NCBI GenBank assembly: GCA_021735045.1
Contig: JAIPHU010000005.1
Span: forward strand, 33,811 to 65,810
DNA length: 32,000 nucleotides
Direction of reading: 5' to 3'
Origin: Candidatus Omnitrophota bacterium
GTDB lineage: Bacteria; Omnitrophota; Gorgyraeia; Duberdicusellales; 4484-171
Shown here: positions 1 to 6,961 of the stretch, in pieces
How the letters are laid out: each line of letters begins with the position of its first letter
How positions within the stretch are numbered: the stretch's first letter is position 1
The notes under the pieces: model-generated
Databases searched by the model: none
What the model was told of the DNA's origin: nothing
The model's input: the letters and a program-made list of their open reading frames with translations, nothing else
Program-made: the position numbers and the translations under genes

Positions 1-207
1 AGGACTTTCGCATCTTAGGTAATCGATATCTTTTACTTTTTCAATCAACATCCTGTTTTTACCTAAAAGTTTTGAATTAAAGTAGGATGCTACCCTTTTT
101 TTTAAAGAAGTCGCCTTACCCACATACAAAATACTACCTTTTGCCGATTTCATAATATAGACGCCGGGGGCATCAGGCAGATTTTTTATTTTTTCTTTAA
201 TAGCCAT
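1..207 (-). CDS. uvrC: UvrC excinuclease subunit, N-terminal GIY-YIG fragment (gene continues beyond the left edge)
   Basis: Minus-strand translation from ATG at 205-207 gives [46 protein letters not shown]..., the classic UvrC GIY-YIG N-terminus. It is open in frame to position 1. It is absent from the ORF track because it is truncated. It overlaps the murJ 3' end by 22 nt. Confidence 0.8.
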   Translation of the reverse strand, partial: MAIKEKIKNLPDAPGVYIMKSAKGSILYVGKATSLKKRVASYFNSKLLGKNRMLIEKVKDIDYLRCESP

Positions 208-1721
208 CGCCAAAATAAATTAACTTGTTTTATCTTTAAAAAATATCCTCCTAAAAGAAAAATCACAAAACCAATACCGGCTACAACTGCAATTTTTATA
301 TATTTATTGTATGAAAATATTTGCCAAATAACCCAAGATGTTAATCCATGAATTAAACTTAAAGTTAAAACTTTAACAAAATAAATTTTAGTATCTTGCC
401 AAGGAATAGCCCCAATTTTTTCTTTTAACAGATGAAAAAGTAAGAAAAAATTAAATATAGCAGCTAAACTGCTACCTAAAGCTACTCCCCCAACCCCTAA
501 GGGAAATATTAATATTCCGCTTAATACCACATTAACCAAAAGAGCCAAACCAGCACTTTTTGCCGGAGTTTTGGTATCAGCTAAAGCATAAAAAGAGTTA
601 ACCATCAACTTTATACCGCAAAAAAATAACAAACCAAAAGAATAGAAAAAAAGTACTGAGGCAGTAATATTTAAAGAATACAGATCAAACTCACCTCTCC
701 CAAAAATAACATTAATTATACCGCGAGGCAGAAAAAGAAAAATTAACGAAATTGGTAAAACAAAAAAGATAACATTTTGAAAAGAAAAAACTAAAAGTTC
801 TTTAAACTTATTCATGTCTTTTTCTTTATGATAAAAAGATAAATCTACCATGACCACCCGCGAAAGTGACAAGATAACGATTGCAAAAGGAAATTGAATT
901 AAACGATTGGCATAATAAATAGAAGCTAAAGCCCCCTGGCCAACGATAAAGGTAAGTGAAGAAAATATAGTATCAACAAGAACACTTAAATGATAGATAA
1001 GACTTGAAAACAACCGGCCGACAAAAAGTTTAAACATTTTAATAATTTGGCTATTGCCTAAAGCTTTAATTAAATTAAATTTAAGCCTAAAGCCTTGTCG
1101 ATATAGAGCAAAAAAAGAAACCAACAACTGGCAAACTCCACCGGCTAATACAGAAAAAACTAATACTTTTACCCCAAAAGCCCTGCCAAAAAATAAAATA
1201 CCGCCAATAAAACAAAGATTTAGAAAAACCGGAGAGATGGCAGGAATAAAAAATTTTTTATAAGCATAAAGTATAGATGTAAAATTTGAAGTTAAACCGA
1301 TCAAAAACAGATAAAAGAAAGTAATTTGGCTAAAAGATACTGCTAAATTAAATTTATAGCTTTGAGTTATAAACCCCGGAGCAACCAAGATTACAAAATA
1401 TTTTGCAAAAATAATACCAATCAAAGTAAATAACAAAAGAAAGAAACTTAATACACAGATTAAATCTTGCCCAATCCCTATTATTTTTTCTTTATCTTTA
1501 CGGTATGAAGAAAGCACCGGCGTTGCTACCGAGTCAGAAAACCCTTCGGCAAAAATAGTTCTAAAAATATTCGGAATCCGAAAAGCTACTAAAAATGCTT
1601 CTAACCCAGCTGAGGTACCAAAAAAACTCGCAATCAAAACATCTCGAATAAATCCAAAAATACGAGACAACAAAGTTCCGGACCCCATTAAGGTGGTATT
1701 TTTTGCTATTTGTTTAAACAT
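186..1721 (-). CDS. murJ: Lipid II flippase MurJ/MviN
   Basis: 511-aa polytopic membrane ORF. The N-terminus [35 protein letters not shown] matches the MurJ signature, and the protein is hydrophobic throughout. Confidence 0.9.
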   Translation of the reverse strand: MFKQIAKNTTLMGSGTLLSRIFGFIRDVLIASFFGTSAGLEAFLVAFRIPNIFRTIFAEGFSDSVATPVLSSYRKDKEKIIGIGQDLICVLSFFLLLFTLIGIIFAKYFVILVAPGFITQSYKFNLAVSFSQITFFYLFLIGLTSNFTSILYAYKKFFIPAISPVFLNLCFIGGILFFGRAFGVKVLVFSVLAGGVCQLLVSFFALYRQGFRLKFNLIKALGNSQIIKMFKLFVGRLFSSLIYHLSVLVDTIFSSLTFIVGQGALASIYYANRLIQFPFAIVILSLSRVVMVDLSFYHKEKDMNKFKELLVFSFQNVIFFVLPISLIFLFLPRGIINVIFGRGEFDLYSLNITASVLFFYSFGLLFFCGIKLMVNSFYALADTKTPAKSAGLALLVNVVLSGILIFPLGVGGVALGSSLAAIFNFFLLFHLLKEKIGAIPWQDTKIYFVKVLTLSLIHGLTSWVIWQIFSYNKYIKIAVVAGIGFVIFLLGGYFLKIKQVNLFWRWLLKKK

Positions 1722-1741
1722 TTTCTTTTCTTAAAAAATAC

Positions 1742-1770
1742 TTGACAGTTTAAGCCAATTTCTATACAAT
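1742..1770 (+). promoter_or_regulatory. sigma70-type promoter of rpsT
   Basis: TTGACA (1742-1747), 17-nt spacer, TACAAT (1765-1770). AAGGGGG SD at 1784-1790 and ATG at 1796. Confidence 0.6.
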
Positions 1771-1795
1771 CTTTTCACTTAACAAAGGGGGAATT

Positions 1796-2053
1796 ATGCC
1801 ACAAAGAAGAGCAGCAGAAAAAGCGCTTAGACAAAACGAACGAAAACGAAAAAGAAATCGCAAGATTAAACAAGAAGTTAAATCTACCTTGAAATCTTTT
1901 CGAAAATCTTTAGAAAAAAAAGATTCTGACAGCAGTAAAAAGAATCTCCAAAAAGTTTACAAGGCATTAGATAAGGCCGCTTCTAAAAAAATAATCCATC
2001 CTAATAAAGCAGCCCGGAAGAAAGCCCGCTTAGCTCGTTCTCTAAGCAAATAA
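1796..2053 (+). CDS. rpsT: 30S ribosomal protein S20 (bS20)
   Basis: 85-aa very basic ORF. MPQRRAAEKALRQNERKRKRN... has the typical S20 N-terminus and length, with a strong SD. Confidence 0.9.
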   Translation: MPQRRAAEKALRQNERKRKRNRKIKQEVKSTLKSFRKSLEKKDSDSSKKNLQKVYKALDKAASKKIIHPNKAARKKARLARSLSK

Positions 2054-2728
2054 TTTAATCAAAAGCCTTTCCATCAAAAGACGAATATCGGTATTACTTT
2101 GTTTTAAAGCCCTATCTGCCTGCCAAAGCTGATCAAAGGCTTTTTCTTTTTTTCTTGAACTATTAATATATGAAAACTTAGCTGTAACTAAACCTAAAAT
2201 TTGGGTAGCAACTGCCTTACCTTTAGTTTTTGAACCCAATAATTCCTCAAGGATAAATAAACAAGATTTAAGGTCATTTCTATATAGCTGTTTGCGAAAA
2301 TCATCTATACTAAGCTCAGCTGGATAAACTTTACCTTCATGCCTTATGCTTTTTTCTAAAACATAACTAAAAAAAACATCAGAAATTATTTTTTTCTTTT
2401 TTTTCAAAGAAAAATAAGGTATCTCTGACTCAAAAATTATATAATTATAATCGAATATTTTTTGAATATTTGCAAATAAAAATTCTCTTGCCGGTTTAGC
2501 TAAACTGATAAAATTTTTAATTAAGATTACTTTCTTTTTTTGGAAAGATAAAGTAAAAACTAAATCTTTAAAAGAATCTAAATTTAGATCCCCTGCATAT
2601 AGAGTCACTGCCCTAAGGGCAGAGCCCTCATTTTTAAATATATCTCTTTTAATGTTATTTATAATTTTTCGGCGCTGGAAAGGTTTACCGCCACTTACAA
2701 GATATGCCTTAGATTTTGCCCCTACCAT
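2042..2728 (-). CDS. holA: Putative DNA polymerase III delta subunit (short form)
   Basis: 228-aa ORF overlapping the lptE-like stop by 7 nt. Resemblance to the delta N-terminal domain is weak. The call rests mostly on the widely conserved lptE-holA adjacency. It is shorter than canonical delta (about 330 aa). Confidence 0.45.
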   Translation of the reverse strand: MVGAKSKAYLVSGGKPFQRRKIINNIKRDIFKNEGSALRAVTLYAGDLNLDSFKDLVFTLSFQKKKVILIKNFISLAKPAREFLFANIQKIFDYNYIIFESEIPYFSLKKKKKIISDVFFSYVLEKSIRHEGKVYPAELSIDDFRKQLYRNDLKSCLFILEELLGSKTKGKAVATQILGLVTAKFSYINSSRKKEKAFDQLWQADRALKQSNTDIRLLMERLLIKLFA

Positions 2729-3273
2729 GTCTCAACAACTGCTTCAGTTATCCTGCGCGCTGTATCATCAATCAATTCAGCTTGAGTAGCTACTTCACTT
2801 TTTTTATCTAAGAAAAAGCTTGCTTGACCAACAATACTTTTATCTTGAATAATATCTCCCTTGGAACTAATCAACTTCATTTTTACATGTAAGCGCAACC
2901 TTTGTTCTTCAGGATCATCACTATCTGTATATCTAAGAGTTTGGCGCTTATAGTCGGTCACTTGGCATTCCAGTTTAAGTGCGCCTTCAGGCTCACTTAC
3001 AACATTTAAGCCACTTTGGATGTTAAACTCTGAAACTAATTTATTAGTCAATCTATCTTCAATTAACCTCGGATAAACTGTATAGCCAGAATATTTTCTA
3101 TCTTCTGAAGTTATATTTATCTTATTAATAACCGGTTTAATCCTGATTCTATTTTCCTTATACTTATAACCTTTAGTTGAATATCCACAACCAGCTAGAG
3201 TCATTAGAAAAACTAATAATAGCTTATAAATTATTGCCAACTTTTTATTTGTAGTAAGAATTAATTTTAACAT
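2722..3273 (-). CDS. lptE: LptE-like outer-membrane lipoprotein
   Basis: 183 aa with a signal peptide and lipobox LAGC (Cys29) followed by GYSTKGY, as in LptE/RlpB N-termini. It lies immediately upstream of the holA-like gene. Confidence 0.55.
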   Translation of the reverse strand: MLKLILTTNKKLAIIYKLLLVFLMTLAGCGYSTKGYKYKENRIRIKPVINKINITSEDRKYSGYTVYPRLIEDRLTNKLVSEFNIQSGLNVVSEPEGALKLECQVTDYKRQTLRYTDSDDPEEQRLRLHVKMKLISSKGDIIQDKSIVGQASFFLDKKSEVATQAELIDDTARRITEAVVETW

Positions 3274-3277
3274 AGGC

Positions 3278-4228
3278 TCATTTGGATTTTGATAAACCGC
3301 CTAACTCTTTAAGTACCTGTTTAGCCTTCTGATAGTAAGGGGTGTCTGGATATTTATTGATTATTTTTTCTAAGTAAATCTTTGCACTTTGAGGCTTTTT
3401 TTGTTTTTTATAGAATAAAGCAATCTCAAATACTTTCTTAGCTTCTTTACTGCGAAGTTTAGCCAACTGGCCCTTTGCTTTTTTAGATATCTTTGCCTCA
3501 GGATGTTCTTTTATAAACTCATCCAGCCTTTGGGTCGCTTTCTTAAGATAAGATGCATCATAGTCAGCCCCCGGAAAAGCTTGAGCTGTCGCCAAAGCCA
3601 GCTGATATTTTGCCGGAGTCGCCCAGCGACTATCTGGGTAATCATCGATAACTTTCTGAAAAGCTTCCCGTGCTTCTTTAAAACGACTTAGTTGAAGAAA
3701 AATTACTCCTAGTTTATATTGAGCTCGAGAAGCATACTCCGAATAAGGAGTTTCTTCAACAATACTTTGAAATATTTGAACCGAAGGATGATTAACAAAG
3801 TCATATATTGAAATACCCAGCAACTTTTTATTTTCTCGATTTAAAAAGTATTCTCCAATATTATATTCTCTTTCTACAATCTCATTAATTCGTTTGCTAT
3901 TAGGATAACTCTGGATTACTTTTTTAAAAGCAAGATAAGCTTCATATGGTTTATCAAGTTCTTCTAAGGTCCTACCTAAATAATACTGAGCTTCCGGACC
4001 CTCTTTAGAGTCAGGATAATTAACAAGAAGCTTTTTAAACTCTTTATAAGCCCTTTTAAACTCTCCTTTCTTAAAATACTTAATGGCTTCTTTATATTGA
4101 AGGGTTGGAGTAGCAAGGGCAGAATATTCAGGATTCTTCCATTTTTGAGTCTTCGGTGACCAAATCCAAAATGGATAAGCGTCAAAGCAAATACAAGTAA
4201 ATATTACCAAAAGAATCAATCTAATCAT
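3278..4228 (-). CDS. bamD: TPR-repeat outer-membrane assembly factor, BamD/YfiO-like
   Basis: 316 aa with an N-terminal hydrophobic signal. It has repeated TPR-like units with the YPDS/YPNS..A..A.Y.LG pattern typical of BamD/YbgF-type proteins, and it neighbours lptE. Confidence 0.55.
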   Translation of the reverse strand: MIRLILLVIFTCICFDAYPFWIWSPKTQKWKNPEYSALATPTLQYKEAIKYFKKGEFKRAYKEFKKLLVNYPDSKEGPEAQYYLGRTLEELDKPYEAYLAFKKVIQSYPNSKRINEIVEREYNIGEYFLNRENKKLLGISIYDFVNHPSVQIFQSIVEETPYSEYASRAQYKLGVIFLQLSRFKEAREAFQKVIDDYPDSRWATPAKYQLALATAQAFPGADYDASYLKKATQRLDEFIKEHPEAKISKKAKGQLAKLRSKEAKKVFEIALFYKKQKKPQSAKIYLEKIINKYPDTPYYQKAKQVLKELGGLSKSK

Positions 4229-4234
4229 AAAGAA

Positions 4235-4263
4235 AATATATCAGAACCTCTTCTCTTTGTCAA
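4235..4263 (-). promoter_or_regulatory. Promoter of the bamD-like gene (apparently leaderless mRNA)
   Basis: Minus strand: TTGACA (4263-4258), 17-nt spacer, TGaTATATT with the -10 at 4240-4235, then only 6 nt (TTCTTT) before ATG at 4228. There is no SD. Confidence 0.5.
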
Positions 4264-4272
4264 TCTATATGC

Positions 4273-4306
4273 AAAAACCAAAAAATTCCCACCGCGGAGG
4301 TGGGAA
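4273..4306 (-). terminator. Intrinsic terminator after yefM-yoeB
   Basis: Minus sense TTCCCACC-tccgc-GGTGGGAA (4306-4286) followed directly by TTTTTTGGTTTTT. Confidence 0.8.
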
Positions 4307-4323
4307 ATGGTTATTATTCTTAA

Positions 4324-4385
4324 CATTCGAATTAAGCGGCCCGCCTCGACAGCCGAAGGCTGGCGGGCGAGGTCTCGCTCGAATG
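4324..4385 (-). other. GC-rich compound hairpin in the yoeB 3' UTR, related to the 5' part of the tRNA leader modules
   Basis: The outer stem is CATTCGA (4324-4330) with TCGAATG (4379-4385). The inner stem is GCCCGCC/GGCGGGC, with a small AGCC-GAA-GGCT hairpin nested inside it. It shares GAGAC, a 7-bp GC stem and TTA.TCGAAT with 10501-10551 and 19338-19388. Confidence 0.6.
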
Positions 4386-4410
4386 AGTTATCAGACATTT
4401 TTATCTAAAT

Positions 4411-4674
4411 CTATTCATAATGCGTCCATAATCGAATAATTTTTATGGTTTTGTATTTTTTTATAATTTGGTAAACTACACGATGCTGAATATTTATTCT
4501 TCGGGAATAAGCCCCTTCCAAGTCCCCTATTAATTTTTCAAAAGGTGGGTGTTTTTGGTAAGGATCTTTTTCTAAAATTTCAAGAATAGCTTCTGCTTTT
4601 GAGCGTAGCCCTGCAGCGGAAAGTTTTTTGGCATCTTTTTGCGCTTGCTTAGTATAGACGAGTTTCCAGCTCAC
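4411..4674 (-). CDS. yoeB: YoeB/Txe-family toxin (ribosome-dependent mRNA interferase)
   Basis: 87 aa. MSWKLVYTKQAQKDAKKL...YSRRINIQHRVVYQI...IKIIRLWTHYE is the characteristic YoeB sequence, including the C-terminal W.HY. There is a 4-nt ATGA overlap with the antitoxin gene. Confidence 0.92.
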   Translation of the reverse strand: MSWKLVYTKQAQKDAKKLSAAGLRSKAEAILEILEKDPYQKHPPFEKLIGDLEGAYSRRINIQHRVVYQIIKKYKTIKIIRLWTHYE

Positions 4675-4913
4675 CAGTTTAGCTTTTTATCGCATTTTTT
4701 AAGAGGAGTTTTTAATCCTTTGCGGATCGATTCCCTCATTTTAGGAATAGAAAGCAAAAATAAAGTTTCTTTAATTGCTCTCCAATCCTCTTGGCTAATC
4801 AGGACAGCATCGTGCCTTTTGCCACTAATTTGGATAGGTTCGTGAGATTCAGCTAATTTATCTAACAATTTATATAATTTTGCTCTTGCTTGGCTTGCTG
4901 TTAAAGTTGTCAT
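4671..4913 (-). CDS. yefM: YefM/Phd-family antitoxin
   Basis: 80 aa. MTTLTASQARAKLYKLLDKLAESHEPIQISGKRHDAVLISQEDWRAIKETL is the canonical YefM N-terminal fold sequence. GGAGGTG SD at 4921-4927. Confidence 0.92.
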   Translation of the reverse strand: MTTLTASQARAKLYKLLDKLAESHEPIQISGKRHDAVLISQEDWRAIKETLFLLSIPKMRESIRKGLKTPLKKCDKKLNW

Positions 4914-4933
4914 TGCTTTTCACCTCCATATAA

Positions 4934-4962
4934 AACGTACCATATTGCGTACGTCTTGTCAA
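4934..4962 (-). promoter_or_regulatory. yefM-yoeB promoter with paired GTAC-core operator
   Basis: Minus strand: TTGACA (4962-4957), 17-nt spacer, TACGTT (4939-4934). The inverted repeat ACGTAC-N8-GTACGT (4935-4954) overlaps the -10 and spacer. Confidence 0.6.
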
Positions 4963-5140
4963 GGTGCTTTTATTTTTATTATTTATGCCTAACATCTACT
5001 ATACAGCCGTCGTAATTTGTAAAAACTCCTATTTTTAAGGTAGCATATTTTTATAAATTTCTGAAAAAAATGCCAATTTATTTCGTCTATAAGCAGAGGG
5101 TAAAAAAATAGGCGGCTTCCACCTAACAAGAAAGTTTTTT

Positions 5141-5176
5141 AGCAAATAAAACCATTTCCCACCTCCGAGGTGGGAA
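5141..5176 (-). terminator. Hairpin after comEC (probable terminator; same stem as 4286-4306)
   Basis: TTCCCACC-5 nt-GGTGGGAA at 5156-5176, starting 4 nt after the comEC stop. It is followed in minus sense by AUGGUUUUAUUUG, a weaker U tract. Confidence 0.5.
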
Positions 5177-5180
5177 TCGG

Positions 5181-6605
5181 TTAATTAAATAAAAACCTAC
5201 CCTTAATTAGGTATTTTCGTTTTGTGAACAAGACTATCGCGGTAAATAACAATAAATAATAGATGAAAATACCTAGAATTGAAAAAGAATAGGAAAGATA
5301 AGAGTAAGGAAGAGATCCAAAAACCTTGGCAAGGCTTTGAAAAATATAGACGAGCCAAGATAAAACAGCTCCTAAGCTTTGAGCCAAAAAAGCTAAAGGA
5401 GATAAGATTAACAATAATAAGTTCAAAAACAGAATAAAAGTAAATATCGGAATTAAGATCAAATTAAAAAAGATGCTTAATAAATAAATTTTTCCAAAAT
5501 AAAAGGATACAACCGGTAAAGTAAATAAAATTACAAACAAGGAACAAAGAAAAATTTGTTTTAGGTAGTTAATTAAAAGATTACCTTGTTGTTTATAAGG
5601 AAAAATCTTAAATCCCAACACAATTCCAAAAACGGCTAAAAAAGAAAGTTGAAATCCGATATCATAGATAATCGCCGGTGAAAATAATAACAAGATTATA
5701 CCGGCCAGCCCTAATGAATTTAATACCTCAACTCTTCTTTTGATAAAAAATCCAAAAACAAAAACAAGATACATAAGCACTGCTCTTTGAGTTGAAGGCC
5801 TAAAGCCAGTAGCAGCAACATAGAAAATAAGAAAAATTGATAAAATAAAAAGTATCGGGCCAAGGCTTATCGGAAAACACCTTAAAAAATAAAACAAGAT
5901 CAAAGAGAGAAGCCCCACATGAAGGCCGCTTATTGCTAAAAGATGAGCCAGGCCAGCATTTTGGATAAATTTCTTTTCTGGCCCAATTAGTTCTTTTCTG
6001 CCTAGAAATATTGCGGCAAGAAAATTTTTTGCTCTAAAACTACAGTTCTGCCTAAAAACATCTAAGCAATAGTCATTGGTCTCCTTAACTGCTTTTTCCC
6101 AAAAAGATAAAGGTATTTTTTCTAACGAAGTTTTCTTTTTAACCCAAAGATAATAAAACTCTTTACCATGATAGGTGCGTCTGGATAACTTTGCTTCAAA
6201 TCTATATTTATTCAGATACTCCATTTTTTTAGAGTAATCAATAACTTTTGCCTGAAAATCTTGCCGGTGCCCGCCAACTTTGATAACTTTTGCTAAAAAA
6301 GTATTTTTATTATTCTTTTCTTTAGGCAAAGAAACTACCTTCACTATGACATTTTGTCTTTTTTTAAAACATATGTCTTTATGGCTAAAGTCGGAAACGA
6401 TAAACAATAATGCGCCCAGGCAGATAATCAAAAAAGAAATAGCTAACTCTGAAGATAAAACTTTATTTTTTTTAGATAAAAAATAGGCTAGAAACCCAGA
6501 TAAAATGAAAAGAAAACTAAACAAAAGATATAAAGAAAACAAACTGCCTAAAATAATACCAATTAAAAGAAATAGAAAAATAAAAAAGTTAAATACCTTT
6601 GCCAA
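5181..6605 (-). CDS. comEC: ComEC/Rec2-family DNA internalisation channel (no C-terminal metallo-beta-lactamase domain)
   Basis: 474-aa polytopic membrane ORF with the signature GLAHLLAISGLHVG. It has an apparent TTG start. Confidence 0.85.
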   Translation of the reverse strand: MAKVFNFFIFLFLLIGIILGSLFSLYLLFSFLFILSGFLAYFLSKKNKVLSSELAISFLIICLGALLFIVSDFSHKDICFKKRQNVIVKVVSLPKEKNNKNTFLAKVIKVGGHRQDFQAKVIDYSKKMEYLNKYRFEAKLSRRTYHGKEFYYLWVKKKTSLEKIPLSFWEKAVKETNDYCLDVFRQNCSFRAKNFLAAIFLGRKELIGPEKKFIQNAGLAHLLAISGLHVGLLSLILFYFLRCFPISLGPILFILSIFLIFYVAATGFRPSTQRAVLMYLVFVFGFFIKRRVEVLNSLGLAGIILLLFSPAIIYDIGFQLSFLAVFGIVLGFKIFPYKQQGNLLINYLKQIFLCSLFVILFTLPVVSFYFGKIYLLSIFFNLILIPIFTFILFLNLLLLILSPLAFLAQSLGAVLSWLVYIFQSLAKVFGSLPYSYLSYSFSILGIFIYYLLLFTAIVLFTKRKYLIKGRFLFN

Positions 6606-6625
6606 TTGCTTATAGTACCTCTTAG

Positions 6626-6955
6626 CTAAAACTTTATATAATCTTTGATCAGTTTTGCCTTCTTTTTACCAATACCTTTTACTTTCTCTAAATCTTTAAT
6701 TTTTTTAAAGGGCGGGTTATTTTTTCTATATTCTACTACCCGTTGTGAAAGGACCGGGCCTAGGCCAGGAATTTTCTCAAGATCAAAGGCAGAAGCTTGG
6801 TTTATATTTATAGATTGAACCTGTTTGCTGGCTGACTGATAAGAAACTGCGGTATCCTCTACTTCTAAATTAAAAAAACGGATCAATGTCCCCAAAAAAA
6901 TAATAAAAGCTATGACAATCAGTACTTTCTTTTCTGGTGGGCTCAAGGAAAACAT
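6626..6955 (-). CDS. comEA: ComEA-like helix-hairpin-helix DNA-binding protein
   Basis: 109 aa with an N-terminal TM anchor, then tandem HhH motifs LEKIPGLGPVLSQRVV and LEKVKGIGKKKAKLI. Confidence 0.85.
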   Translation of the reverse strand: MFSLSPPEKKVLIVIAFIIFLGTLIRFFNLEVEDTAVSYQSASKQVQSININQASAFDLEKIPGLGPVLSQRVVEYRKNNPPFKKIKDLEKVKGIGKKKAKLIKDYIKF

Positions 6956-6961
6956 TTAATT

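Noticed and set aside
1054-1263. The remaining short track ORFs, lying within or overlapping confident CDSs, nearly all antisense. This one, plus 3503-3691, 3976-4185, 4639-4845, 6280-6486, 7434-7631, 8363-8548, 9224-9499, 10934-11144, 18548-18754, 19558-19758, 20466-20816, 21673-22002, 22462-22680, 23713-23979, 26817-27011, 28388-28594 and 29563-29796
   Set aside because: Each lies within or overlaps a confidently identified conserved gene. Their products are low-complexity and lack start signals. This is expected background in an AT-rich genome with few stop codons on the opposite strand of Lys/Phe-rich genes.
2389-2404. A8-G-A7 run in the holA-like gene as a dnaX-style programmed frameshift site
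   Set aside because: It encodes an in-frame poly-Lys (LKKKKKII). There is no downstream stimulatory hairpin, and the gene is not dnaX. Homopolymer runs are common in this AT-rich sequence. At most it is a slippage-prone tract.
4324-4385. Integron attC site following a promoter-bearing TA cassette
   Set aside because: The imperfect palindrome and the TA context are suggestive. However, the flanks do not match the RYYYAAC/GTTRRRY cores (GTTAAGA fails at the last position). There is no intI gene, attI site or neighbouring cassette array in the window.
4311-4410. SRP (4.5S) RNA or another known small RNA
   Set aside because: It lacks the conserved SRP domain IV features, namely the GNAR tetraloop and the AGCA/GGAA-type loops. 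Its length and motifs do not fit tmRNA, RNase P or 6S RNA either.
4257-4439. 60-aa plus-strand ORF in the track
   Set aside because: It spans the bamD promoter, the intrinsic terminator hairpin, the GC-rich 3' UTR hairpin and the end of yoeB. It has no SD. The odd composition (GGGKW...GRGLAR) comes from reading through palindromes.
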